Source of the DNA: Candidatus Bathyarchaeota archaeon
GTDB lineage: Archaea; Thermoproteota; Bathyarchaeia; 40CM-2-53-6
Length of the DNA: 64,000 nt
Assembly (NCBI GenBank): GCA_005882895.1
Contig: VBBD01000009.1
Location: forward strand, 7,648 to 71,647
Direction: 5' to 3'
The position numbers and the translations under genes are program-made. The stretch's first letter is position 1; each line of letters starts with the position of its first letter. This document shows, in pieces, positions 1 to 9,276 of this stretch. The notes beneath the pieces are model-generated. The model ran no database searches. It had not been told where the DNA came from and saw nothing but the letters and a program-made list of their open reading frames with translations.

Positions 1-508
1 CGGATAATTGCTTGGAGAGAAGCCAGCCCATCGCCTTCCTAACTCTATCATCCTTCGAATACCCCGCTTTTGCAAGCGCCCTGACCATGTTGCCAGTATT
101 GCAAACATGGGGATGGAACTGCTCCTCACCCCGGGAACGTAAAGAGAACCCACCACTCTCAACATTGTGAAGCTCGAAAAAGTGCTCTACCGCTTTCGCG
201 AATCGGGGATCCTCTGATGATACTCCAAGATCCGCCAAGACCGCTAGCTGCCATCCTGTAGAAGTGAATTTTGGAACGTAGCACGACTCCTTGTTCTCCC
301 AGTATGTGTTCTCTTTCTGTTTCGCGAAAATATTCGCGGCCCATCCTTCTCTTCCAATTCTCCCCTTGACTCTCTGGACGGAACCATCTTGCTCGTCGCG
401 TCCCATCAACTCGGTGAGTGTGAAGTATTGACTAGAGGGCTCGCTCTCCTCCATCAACCATCTCGAGACAGCAGGTGAAACTAGGCTTTCTTTCTGAAGC
501 TGTTCCAA
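1..508 (-). CDS. Prenyltransferase/squalene-cyclase repeat-like protein (partial, runs off window)
   Basis: Manual translation from TTG at 508: MEQLQKESLVSPAVSRWLMEESEPSSQYFTLTELMG...KQKENTYW...CNTGNMVRAL...AMGWLLSKQLS, open to the window edge; QW-like helical repeats. Not in the ORF track. Confidence 0.6.
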   Translation of the reverse strand, partial: MEQLQKESLVSPAVSRWLMEESEPSSQYFTLTELMGRDEQDGSVQRVKGRIGREGWAANIFAKQKENTYWENKESCYVPKFTSTGWQLAVLADLGVSSEDPRFAKAVEHFFELHNVESGGFSLRSRGEEQFHPHVCNTGNMVRALAKAGYSKDDRVRKAMGWLLSKQLS

Positions 509-603
509 GTCGGCTCACAATTGGTATTGCATGCTCATCTAAAGAGTCTTTTCGCAATTCGGCCTAACAAGCGTACTCGCTAAGGTCGAGTTTCAAAACG
601 TTC

Positions 604-1308
604 TTGAATCCGGGCATCGACGGGTGGGCTCAATCGTCTTTGAGTTCTTGGGAGGATGCTTACAAGACAGTACCACCATGGGACGTAGGCCGTCCCCAAC
701 CAGCCTTGGTAGAACTCGTGCGAGCCGGGGAACTGAATAGGGGCAGTGTTCTCGATGTTGGCTGCGGGACGGGGGAGAATGCACTCTATCTTGCCCGGAA
801 CGGATTCTCGGTTGTCGGAGTTGATCTGTCAGATCGCGCGATTGCCTCGGCAAGAGCAAAAGCTGCCGAGAGAAGATTGAAAGTTGAGTTTCGAGCGGGA
901 AATGCGCTCTCGCTAGAATTCAAGGACGACGTTTTCGACAATGTTATTGATTCGGGACTTTTCCACACCTTCCCTGATAACGATAGGCCTGTTTATGCCC
1001 GTGAGATAGCCCGGGTCCTAGCTACTAGAGGTAGGTACTTCATGCTCTGCTTCAGCGAGAAAGAGCCTACCAACTGGGGCGGACCGAGAAGAATCAGGAA
1101 AGAGGAAATCGAAACAACGTTCTCGCCACTCTTCAAAATCAACTACATTAGGGACGCATCGTTCGCCACGCGATTCCATACGAATGGTGGGAAAGCGTAC
1201 CTGACATCCGCTACAAAGATCCCCACTAAACCCGCTGATTTTTTCCACGAAGATTCCGCGGGGAGATATCGAGCCTTTTTCCCTCACGACGATTTCTCGG
1301 ATTCTTAG
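604..1308 (+). CDS. Class I SAM-dependent methyltransferase
   Basis: VLDVGCGTG motif I, N-terminal PPWDVGRPQP, DSGLFH. Confidence 0.9.
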   Translation: MNPGIDGWAQSSLSSWEDAYKTVPPWDVGRPQPALVELVRAGELNRGSVLDVGCGTGENALYLARNGFSVVGVDLSDRAIASARAKAAERRLKVEFRAGNALSLEFKDDVFDNVIDSGLFHTFPDNDRPVYAREIARVLATRGRYFMLCFSEKEPTNWGGPRRIRKEEIETTFSPLFKINYIRDASFATRFHTNGGKAYLTSATKIPTKPADFFHEDSAGRYRAFFPHDDFSDS

Positions 1309-1730
1309 ACGGATTCGGTTTTGAGGTAAGAGGATTTTACCTGCATGATTCCCTTCTGGCGTTTCAGCTCTCCCTCCAGTCTTGTGATGTCTTGAACCCG
1401 ACCGCGGACCAGCAGGGCGCACAGGCAATGTGCGGCGTCGATGTGGGCGTGGAGGGATGAGAGGATGGATTGTCTGTGGTGGTGGGACGTTTCTGTGATG
1501 CCCTCGTCGGCGCCATGAGTCTCATGGTTGTAGACCATTACAATTGATCCGACGACATGGCCTCCTCTGAGTCCTGTTTCAAAATCTGATATGAAGGACC
1601 GCATCGCCGCCTGCAACGCCTTGGATCGATCCCGGTAGCCGCTGTTCTCGGAGGCCTTGTCGAAGGCTTCGAGGAGCTCAGGTGGTAGAGACATGCTGAT
1701 TCTGGTAACTCCCTCATCATTCAATACCAA
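1305..1730 (-). CDS. nikR: Nickel-responsive regulator NikR
   Basis: N-terminal RHH (RISMSLPPELL...DRSKAL) plus metal-binding domain (YNHE, HAHIDAAHC); divergent from a NiCoT gene. Confidence 0.88.
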   Translation of the reverse strand: MVLNDEGVTRISMSLPPELLEAFDKASENSGYRDRSKALQAAMRSFISDFETGLRGGHVVGSIVMVYNHETHGADEGITETSHHHRQSILSSLHAHIDAAHCLCALLVRGRVQDITRLEGELKRQKGIMQVKSSYLKTESV

Positions 1731-1779
1731 TTCATGATTCGCCTCACAGTATTACTCGATCTGGCCGACCCGGCTAAAA

Positions 1780-1807
1780 GTATTACCAACTTAAGACTTT
1801 ATATTAC
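1780..1807. promoter_or_regulatory. Putative NikR operator overlapping a TATA-like box
   Basis: GTATTA-N16-TATTAC matches the 6-16-6 architecture of the E. coli NikR site (GTATGA-N16-TCATAC); contains CTTTATAT; an extra GTATTAC lies at 1749. Confidence 0.6.
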
Positions 1808-1868
1808 CATATAGAGGGGTCAGGTCGAGACAACCTGTCAATATGCACCGGGAGCTGCAAGCAGGCTC

Positions 1869-2936
1869 TTGGAGAGGGCGTCTTCTGAATTGACTGAACT
1901 CCGGTCAAACCATTCAAAGCTAGGGCTCTCAACGGCAGAGAAGCTCAGAATCTCCATCATATACTCAGCCTTAGGCATTGCCACCCTCGCTGGCCTCGCT
2001 GCCTCAGTTATCATAGGGCAATTGTCCGCCTTACTCGCGGGACTCGGAGTCCTCGCCTTCACCTTCGGGCTGCGTCACGGGGTGGACGCGGACCACATTG
2101 TTGCAATTGACAACACAACACGGAAGCTGCTCCAAGAGGGCAAGCGTCCCCTCACGGTCGGCATGTGGTTCTCCCTTGGCCATTCGACGGTCGTCGTTGG
2201 TCTTATCGTCTCTCTCATTCTCGCGACCAACGCGGTGAAAGACCAGATTCCAGCACTCCGAAGCAGCGGCGCGATAATTGGAACAACAGTCTCCGGAATC
2301 TTCCTCTTCCTTATCGGGCTCATCAACGTCGTCATTGTCCTGGGGATCTATAGGGTGTTCACGACCCTAAAACAGGGAAAAATGAACGAGTCAGAACTGG
2401 ATAGTCTTCTGGAAAACAGGGGATTCCTGAACCGCTACTTCAAGGGACTCTTCAAGATCGTCAGGGAGCCCTGGCAGATCTATCCCATCGGGGTCTTGTT
2501 CGGACTTGGCTTCGACACGGCCAGCGAGATTGCCCTGATAGCTATCACCGTCGGGGTCGGAGTATCATCCGCTGTCCCTCTCTGGATGATCCTTGTTCTT
2601 CCCTTCATGTTCACCTGTGGAATGGTCTTGGTCGATATGACTGATGGGGTTACGATGCTGACCGCGTATGGCTGGGCGTTTCTCAGACCAATCCGGAAAA
2701 TATACTACAACCTTACTGTGACGATCATATCGGTCGCAGTTGCCTTTGCGATTGGCGGAGTCGAACTCCTCCAAGTTCTCTCTAACGAGCTGAAGCTGAG
2801 CGGTCCGTTCTGGAAATCGCTGGGCACGCTGGATTTCGAGACGATGGGTTACGGAATAATCGGCATCTTTGTAGTATCATGGCTTGCATCGATGGCTTAC
2901 TGGAAGTACAAGCGATACGACGAACTATACAAGTGA
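1869..2936 (+). CDS. HoxN/HupN/NixA (NiCoT) nickel/cobalt transporter
   Basis: Signature GLRHGVDADHIVAIDN, FSLGHSTVV and LFGLGFDTASE; multiple TM helices. Confidence 0.95.
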   Translation: MERASSELTELRSNHSKLGLSTAEKLRISIIYSALGIATLAGLAASVIIGQLSALLAGLGVLAFTFGLRHGVDADHIVAIDNTTRKLLQEGKRPLTVGMWFSLGHSTVVVGLIVSLILATNAVKDQIPALRSSGAIIGTTVSGIFLFLIGLINVVIVLGIYRVFTTLKQGKMNESELDSLLENRGFLNRYFKGLFKIVREPWQIYPIGVLFGLGFDTASEIALIAITVGVGVSSAVPLWMILVLPFMFTCGMVLVDMTDGVTMLTAYGWAFLRPIRKIYYNLTVTIISVAVAFAIGGVELLQVLSNELKLSGPFWKSLGTLDFETMGYGIIGIFVVSWLASMAYWKYKRYDELYK

Positions 2937-2981
2937 CGTTCTAGCTTAAGACGACCAGCGTGTAATCGTTCTTCAATCCAA

Positions 2982-3230
2982 TTGCGTGATTGGATCATAA
3001 TGATCATCGGTTTCCTCGTTCTCGTGGCAGGATACGCTTTTCAAGTAACTGATTCCATCATCACCTCGTCTTACTCATCACCTCTGTACGGGAACGCAGG
3101 AACAGTGCTCCAGCTAATCGGGACAACAATCGTTATTGTTGGGATCGTGATACTGGCGATTGGATTCCTCAAGCTCATTCGAAGAAGCTTCTTCTCCGAA
3201 GGGGACATAGCAGAACCCATTTTTCGATAG
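2982..3230 (+). CDS. Small two-TM membrane protein
   Basis: 82 aa with two hydrophobic segments; co-oriented with neighbours. Confidence 0.6.
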   Translation: MRDWIIMIIGFLVLVAGYAFQVTDSIITSSYSSPLYGNAGTVLQLIGTTIVIVGIVILAIGFLKLIRRSFFSEGDIAEPIFR

Positions 3231-3273
3231 TCCTTATTAGCGGAACGGGTCATCCGAAGTTCAGAACGCTCCA

Positions 3274-3720
3274 ATGCCCTCGCAGAAAAAGCCGACCTCG
3301 AAACCAACCAAGAGGATTCGCATCCTTGTAGCGAAGCCTGGACTAGATGGTCACGATAGAGGTGCTTTGATTCTAACCCGGGCCTTCCGCGACGCAGGCA
3401 TGGAAGTAATCTACACCGGCTTCCTGGCCACGCCCGAGCAGGTTGCACAGATGGCGATTGATGAGGATGTGGATGTTGTAGCTATGAGTCTCCTCAACGG
3501 CGCCCACATGACAGCCTTCCCGAAGGTCGCTAAGCTCATCCGGGAGAAGGGTGGAGACGACATTCTGTTGGTGGGTGGAGGTATTATTCCGGATGAGGAT
3601 AAGCCCTTGTTGGAGAAGCAGGGTATCACGGGCAATTTCGGGCCTGGGACACCTCTCAAGACTATCATCGAGCATGTTGAGATGGTTGTGAGCGAGAGAG
3701 ACTCGAAAAAGAAACGGTAG
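3274..3720 (+). CDS. Cobalamin-binding subunit of methylmalonyl-CoA mutase family
   Basis: AKPGLDGHDRGA (DxHxxG), SLLNGAH, VGGGIIP. Confidence 0.95.
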   Translation: MPSQKKPTSKPTKRIRILVAKPGLDGHDRGALILTRAFRDAGMEVIYTGFLATPEQVAQMAIDEDVDVVAMSLLNGAHMTAFPKVAKLIREKGGDDILLVGGGIIPDEDKPLLEKQGITGNFGPGTPLKTIIEHVEMVVSERDSKKKR

Positions 3721-3767
3721 AGCCAAGACATTTCTATCTGAATATATCTCGATGGGAATCGAAAAAA

Positions 3768-4169
3768 ATGGGCTTTCTCTCTATCATGGGCAGGGTCATT
3801 ATCGGCATAGCCGTGATTGCCCCGGTAGTGGCTCTCTATTTTGCCATGACATCCAGCGACGCTCTGGGCATGATAGGCGTTGTAGGATTGCTTGCAGGAA
3901 GCGGCATATTTTGCATCGGGGGTCTCTACGCCGGTCTACTGGGGCTTAAGATCGAGAAATTGTCCGCCAGGCTCGACCCGGTTTCCAGGCAGAGACCTAG
4001 AACCAAGGCGAAGAATCTCATCAAAGCAGAATGTCCTATTGATCACCGCGAAGGAGTGTTTGTGCACGTTAGCCCTTACAGAAGCGATGCGGTGCCGGAC
4101 GGGTTGGACATCTTTCTGGGCTCATGTGGGCACGAGGTCCATCGTGGGGAGATAGAGGCCGAAGCGTAG
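3768..4169 (+). CDS. Hypothetical membrane protein with C-terminal Cys/His cluster
   Basis: Two N-terminal TM segments; CPIDH...SCGH possible Zn site. Confidence 0.6.
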   Translation: MGFLSIMGRVIIGIAVIAPVVALYFAMTSSDALGMIGVVGLLAGSGIFCIGGLYAGLLGLKIEKLSARLDPVSRQRPRTKAKNLIKAECPIDHREGVFVHVSPYRSDAVPDGLDIFLGSCGHEVHRGEIEAEA

Positions 4170-5659
4170 CAACCATGGAAGCAACACCAACAACCGAGAC
4201 AACCAAACAAGTCGTTATCGAACGAGACGTTCCAGAACCCGCGATAGCGGGACTTGTAGAATTCGTCAACAGATACTACTTCCCTCCGAAGATGAAATTC
4301 ATCGAGGCCCTTTCCTATCGCAAAACCGAGAGCGGGGACGGCTTCGAACTATTCTGGAGACTAAAGCCTGTCGGACCAGAACAAGCGAGACCTCTACCAG
4401 TAGCGCTCAGGATCTCCAAAGCTGCCATCGAGCTCGATTTTCCCGGGTTGGACCCGAACGATATGTCTCTGGAGAGCGTTGTCGCGAGAACTGTTGATGA
4501 GATCGAGGCGGTTGTCTTTTCCTATTTCCAGAACATAAAGACGACCAGTCTCTACTTTGTCATCGGCGCGACCGAAGAGCACTCCGAGGCGCCTGACCAG
4601 CGGAGCCCTATGAGTAATGCCGTGAAGAGAGTTTTCGCAGGAAACACCACGAGCCTATTCCTCTCGTTCACTCTCCTAAGCTTCGCTCTCTACTTCATTA
4701 TCGGAGTCTACACCGTCTTTCTATTGATCAGTGTCCAACTCGTCGCCCTAGTAATCTCCGACAAAATTGTTTACAGACTGGGCAGTGTCCGCCCAAACGC
4801 TGAAAGGCCCCTTGTAACGATCGCAAGCGTCCGGTCCAACCCGGAAACCCTCAAGGCAGTCTCACAACACGGCAAGAAGATACTCTCAAAAATTCGAGAC
4901 GAGATAGCAAGAAATGCCACCGTTGCGTCCTCTGCCGCGGCCAACGAGGAGCTCAAAGGAACAGTCATTGGCGCACTGCTCAGGCATGGCATCATAGCGT
5001 CCGGGAGCGAGATCACCGTCAAGACCAGAAACGTATACCGCATCGTTCAGGAAGTCTCGGAAAAGTTCAGCCGGCAAACTCCGAAGATCACCGTTGCGAA
5101 CGCAATAGTGTCCAATGCTTCTGCAACTGGAATCTCGTCAAGCCGCTCCACAGTAATGATCACGGCTGGTTCGCTGGAAGACCTGAGTGATGAGGAGCTA
5201 GAAGCAGTGATCGGCCACGAGCTGGGACATGTGAAGGGGCATGACCCTGTGATTCTGTTCGCTGCGACCTCGTTCGAGTTCCTGGGACGGTTCTTTCTCT
5301 GGTTTCCTCTACTGCTCTACCTGGGCATTTTCTATTTCGTTCTAGCGTTTGGCGCGATCTTTCTCATCGGAAAGTTTCTGGAGACCAGAGCCGACACTAA
5401 GTCTGCCGTGATGCTCGGAAATCCAGGGGCACTGGCCTCTGCCTTGACAAAGATAGGATTCAGGCAGCTCTATCGCGAAAAATACAACCCCGGAACAAAG
5501 CTGTTCGACTGGTTTCGGTTCGACCCACACCCACCCATCTATTTCAGAATCGCTAGACTGTCAAGATATTCGGAGAAACAGAAATCTGTCGGGCATACGC
5601 TTCTGATCTCGATACGAGATATCATCGTAGGCTTCTTCTCCGCTCTGTTTTCAGCCTAG
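4124..5659 (+). CDS. M48 (HtpX-like) zinc metalloprotease with extra N-terminal domain; likely start ATG 4175
   Basis: AVIGHELGH, ETRAD, HPPIYFRI and TM segments. Confidence 0.88.
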   Translation: MWARGPSWGDRGRSVATMEATPTTETTKQVVIERDVPEPAIAGLVEFVNRYYFPPKMKFIEALSYRKTESGDGFELFWRLKPVGPEQARPLPVALRISKAAIELDFPGLDPNDMSLESVVARTVDEIEAVVFSYFQNIKTTSLYFVIGATEEHSEAPDQRSPMSNAVKRVFAGNTTSLFLSFTLLSFALYFIIGVYTVFLLISVQLVALVISDKIVYRLGSVRPNAERPLVTIASVRSNPETLKAVSQHGKKILSKIRDEIARNATVASSAAANEELKGTVIGALLRHGIIASGSEITVKTRNVYRIVQEVSEKFSRQTPKITVANAIVSNASATGISSSRSTVMITAGSLEDLSDEELEAVIGHELGHVKGHDPVILFAATSFEFLGRFFLWFPLLLYLGIFYFVLAFGAIFLIGKFLETRADTKSAVMLGNPGALASALTKIGFRQLYREKYNPGTKLFDWFRFDPHPPIYFRIARLSRYSEKQKSVGHTLLISIRDIIVGFFSALFSA

Positions 5660-5729
5660 AGATCAACAGCTCTCTCATAGCGTTGTGCATGCTTAAGTTC
5701 CGGAGAACCTCGGCCGTTCAATGTGAGAC

Positions 5730-6587
5730 TTGTCTAACATGAATGTTGAACGCAAGCTCGAACAGTTTCTAGACGAAGACGTGGGAAATGGGGACATTAC
5801 GACAGACTCTCTCGTCGATCCGACGACACGATCCATAGGGAGCGTTATCTGCAAGGAACGAGCAATAGTTGCTGGACTAGCTGAATCCATCATCCTACTG
5901 AAACTTGTGGGCTGTGAAGGTAGACCACAGGTTCGCGACAGCCAAGAAGTTCCGGCTGGGACAGTTGTCCTAGAAATTAATGGTCGTGGAGTTGACGTGC
6001 TCAAAGTAGAGCGGACCCTGCTGAACCTGCTATGTCACCTGTCCGGAGTCGCAACAGCCACCGCTGAGCTCGTGAATATCATCAAGACGAACGGCGCCTC
6101 AGCCAGAATAGCCTGCACGCGAAAGACACTTCCAGGTCTCAGGTACTTCGAGAAAAAAGCGGTCGAGCTAGGAGGCGGCGACGCCCACCGTCTTAGGCTT
6201 GACGATGCTGTCTTAATCAAGGACAATCATCTGGAACTGGCCGGTTCGATAACCGAAACTGTCAGAAAAGCGAAGGCTAAGGTGAGCTTCACCAAGAAAA
6301 TAGAAGTCGAAGCAACAAGCCCGGACCAGGCAGTGGAAGCAGCGCTGGCTGGGGCTGACATCGTCTTGCTGGACAATATGACGCCTCAAGAAGTGAGAAA
6401 GTCGTTGAGTCAACTAGAGGCGAAAAAACTTCGTGACCATATTCTGCTCGAAGTGTCCGGTGGCATAACGAGAGAGAACCTTGCGAGCTACGTCAAGACT
6501 GGCGTGGACGTGATCTCCGTCGGATCGATAACAAACTCCGCTAGAGCAATTGACATGAGTCTTGAACTCCGCTCTGTCAAGAAATAG
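5730..6587 (+). CDS. nadC: Nicotinate-nucleotide diphosphorylase (carboxylating)
   Basis: EDVGNGDITT, TRKTLPG, HRLRLDDAVLIKDNH, IEVE, LLDNM. Confidence 0.97.
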   Translation: MSNMNVERKLEQFLDEDVGNGDITTDSLVDPTTRSIGSVICKERAIVAGLAESIILLKLVGCEGRPQVRDSQEVPAGTVVLEINGRGVDVLKVERTLLNLLCHLSGVATATAELVNIIKTNGASARIACTRKTLPGLRYFEKKAVELGGGDAHRLRLDDAVLIKDNHLELAGSITETVRKAKAKVSFTKKIEVEATSPDQAVEAALAGADIVLLDNMTPQEVRKSLSQLEAKKLRDHILLEVSGGITRENLASYVKTGVDVISVGSITNSARAIDMSLELRSVKK

Positions 6588-6653
6588 CTGCCACATTTTG
6601 TCCCGGCAATCTTAAACCGTTCGGGTGAATGATAGCAAACTGAGATAGTTCGT

Positions 6654-7568
6654 CTGGAACAGAAGATCAGATTCTGCACTACAAAGGACGGCGTCAGGCT
6701 TGCTTATTCTACACTGGGCCGTGGGCCACCCTTGGTTAAGGCTGCGAACTGGCTTGGGCACTTGCAGTTCGACCTTGAGAGTCCGATATTTCGTCACTGG
6801 ACCCGGGAGCTATCAAGATATCGCCAGTACATCCGTTATGACGATCGGGGATGCGGCCTATCCGACCGCGATGTTAGCAGTTCTACGTTCCAGGACTGGG
6901 TGCAGGACCTAGAAACAATCGTGGATTCGAATGGTCTTGAAAAATTTGCACTGCTCGGAATTTCTCAGGGAGGCGCGGTCAGCATCGCCTACGCCGCACG
7001 CCATCCCGATAGGGTGAGCCATCTAATTCTGTACGGGGCAAGCGCCCTAGGCTGGTCCAAAATCCACACCTCGCCCGAGGAGCTTGAAGAAGGAAAAGCC
7101 ATGCTGACGCTGACCAAGGTGGGATGGGGAAAGGACAACCCTGCCTACCGTCAGCTCTTCACGTCTCTATTCGTCCCTGGCGGGACAGCAGAGCAGGCCA
7201 GCTGGTTTAACGAGTTGCAGCGAAAGTCCACGTCGCCAGAAAACGCGGTGCGCTTCCTGATGGAGTTCGCTCAAATCGACGTCCTTGCCCAGCTCGCCAA
7301 GGTATCAACGCCGACACTGGTAATCCATACACGAGGCGATCTAGTGAACCGGTTCGAGGACGGAAGAGATCTGGCAACACTGATCTCCGGGGCCCACTTC
7401 ATTCCACTAGAGAGTAGGAACCACATTCTGTTGGAGGACGAGCCAGCATGGAAGGACTTTCTAGTCCAGACTCGACGCTTTCTGGGCGTGAAGGAGACAG
7501 GGCCCGAACTGTCTTCAAAAGAGAAGGAACTAGGCGTCAGAAGCTGGCTCAGAGGACCCAAGAAATAG
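6654..7568 (+). CDS. Alpha/beta hydrolase (family often fused to LuxR or adenylate cyclase domains)
   Basis: GISQGG nucleophile elbow, RYDDRGCGLS. The frame extends upstream of the TTG at 6732 with LEQKIRFCTTKDGVRLAY, beginning at CTG 6654; exact start uncertain. Confidence 0.85.
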   Translation: MEQKIRFCTTKDGVRLAYSTLGRGPPLVKAANWLGHLQFDLESPIFRHWTRELSRYRQYIRYDDRGCGLSDRDVSSSTFQDWVQDLETIVDSNGLEKFALLGISQGGAVSIAYAARHPDRVSHLILYGASALGWSKIHTSPEELEEGKAMLTLTKVGWGKDNPAYRQLFTSLFVPGGTAEQASWFNELQRKSTSPENAVRFLMEFAQIDVLAQLAKVSTPTLVIHTRGDLVNRFEDGRDLATLISGAHFIPLESRNHILLEDEPAWKDFLVQTRRFLGVKETGPELSSKEKELGVRSWLRGPKK

Positions 7569-7666
7569 CCGGGCTCGACCCACGCCCATTCTAGGACAGT
7601 GTTTCTGAGTCGAACGTTAAACGGCTTATCGAGAAAGCAGAAAAAGTCCGGGATGGAGAACACCGG

Positions 7667-8458
7667 CTAAAGCCGTCTCTCCGACTACGATCCCAAGAAG
7701 AGATCTACAAGTTCATCCATGATAGGGGTCTTGTCTCAGCGCTAGGAGGAAACGAGCTTCCAAGTCTCATTAGCGCCATACTAGGCAGACCCTGGAGGCC
7801 ATCGGCGAAGGGCTTTACCGGATGGAATGATTGGTGGTCAGTCAAGATATCCGGCCAGTCAGTGGCCCGCGTTTCCCGTGAGATCGAGAGAAGAAGAGAC
7901 ATTCTTGCAACTCGAATATTCAGGCGAACCAAGACCTTCGTATCTGATGAACTCTGGCCGGAACTGGATAGCATGGTGAAGCATCATCAGGACCCCGCGG
8001 TAAAATGGAAGACCTTCTCGGATCTGGAACAGAAGTTGTTGGAAACCATCGAGGATGAGGGTTCAATCCGGACGGATCGATTGAGAAAGAAGTTGAGGCT
8101 TGAAGCGAAAGAGAACAATTCCAAATTTCACCGCTCGTTAAGCAACCTGGAAAGCTACGCGATGATAGTTGGCGTTGAAGATCCTCATCCAGAGAGGCAT
8201 CTCCACGCTAACGTCTGGCAGACATGGAACACGAGAGTCGGTGAGGGAATGGGTCGTTCCGGCCTCTCGTACAACGAGGCGCTAGCGAAACTCCTCGAGA
8301 AAACTATCGAGGCGTGCGTTCTCGCCCGCGAAGACCAGATACGAAAATGGTTCCAGTGGAGCGACGACACGGAAAAGGCTGAGAGAGATTTGCTGAAAAG
8401 CGAGAGAATTATGAAGGCAGGCCCCTTCCTTCTCACGTCTCGAATCCTGAGATCGTAA
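7667..8458 (+). CDS. Hypothetical winged-helix/AlkZ-related protein (start uncertain; ORF track starts at 7862)
   Basis: Frame open from 7595 with protein-like LRSQEEIYKFIHDRGLVSALGGNELPSL; wHTH-like segment LEQKLLETIEDEGSIRTDRLRK. Confidence 0.6.
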   Translation, partial: LKPSLRLRSQEEIYKFIHDRGLVSALGGNELPSLISAILGRPWRPSAKGFTGWNDWWSVKISGQSVARVSREIERRRDILATRIFRRTKTFVSDELWPELDSMVKHHQDPAVKWKTFSDLEQKLLETIEDEGSIRTDRLRKKLRLEAKENNSKFHRSLSNLESYAMIVGVEDPHPERHLHANVWQTWNTRVGEGMGRSGLSYNEALAKLLEKTIEACVLAREDQIRKWFQWSDDTEKAERDLLKSERIMKAGPFLLTSRILRS

Positions 8459-8598
8459 GAACGTAAATTTGTCGCTGAGCAACACGTTGCTGGTCGCGAA
8501 GTCCTCAGGTTACAGGAGTTCGCGAGAACTTTTGAAACAATGGAGCAAGTTACACTAGCGGTAAGTTCCCCTTCTGCACATACCATGCAGGACGAATC

Positions 8599-9138
8599 AT
8601 GAAGAAAATCGCGTTCTCTATGTGCTTGATAATGGCGACCTTAGTGATTCTGAGTGTCCCGCTCCTCGCACATGCACCCCCGAATACTCCTCCAACCATT
8701 GGAACGCCTATTATCCAACCATCCTCGCCAACTTACAATGCCCCGGCAACAGTCTCGGTGAACGTTACTGACCAGCACTCAAGTGTACAAAACGTGACTA
8801 TCACTTACACAACTGACAACTGGAAAATGGTTAACACAACTCTCCTCGCCTCGTACAATGCCACAACCACCACTGCCACCGCTCAGATACCAGCACTGGC
8901 GACCGGAGGCCACATCTCATTCTATGTTGTGGCCTTTAACGGCAACGGCATTAAGGGTGTCAACAATAACTCGGGAAGCTACTTCGGCTACGACGTCGCG
9001 GCACCTCCTTCACTAATCACAACAACGAATGGGTGGATCGTCACCGGCATAATCCTGGGAAGCTTAGGAGCATTCGCTGTCGCTGCACTGCATTTCCTCA
9101 GGAAGAGACCCCGGACCAGCTCTCACCCAACAAACTGA
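8599..9138 (+). CDS. Secreted Ig-like protein with C-terminal membrane anchor
   Basis: Signal peptide, Thr-rich beta domain, C-terminal TM followed by a basic tail. Confidence 0.8.
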   Translation: MKKIAFSMCLIMATLVILSVPLLAHAPPNTPPTIGTPIIQPSSPTYNAPATVSVNVTDQHSSVQNVTITYTTDNWKMVNTTLLASYNATTTTATAQIPALATGGHISFYVVAFNGNGIKGVNNNSGSYFGYDVAAPPSLITTTNGWIVTGIILGSLGAFAVAALHFLRKRPRTSSHPTN

Positions 9139-9276
9139 ATCCAAAGTACAAGTTAGCAGCGCTTCCAACACCAGACAAGACCCACCATCTTTCCAAAGGA
9201 AGGCGATTCGCTGCCTCCTCTTATCCCGGGTGCTTGATGTCAACAATTAATGACTAACCACTTCCCGATGTGAGCT

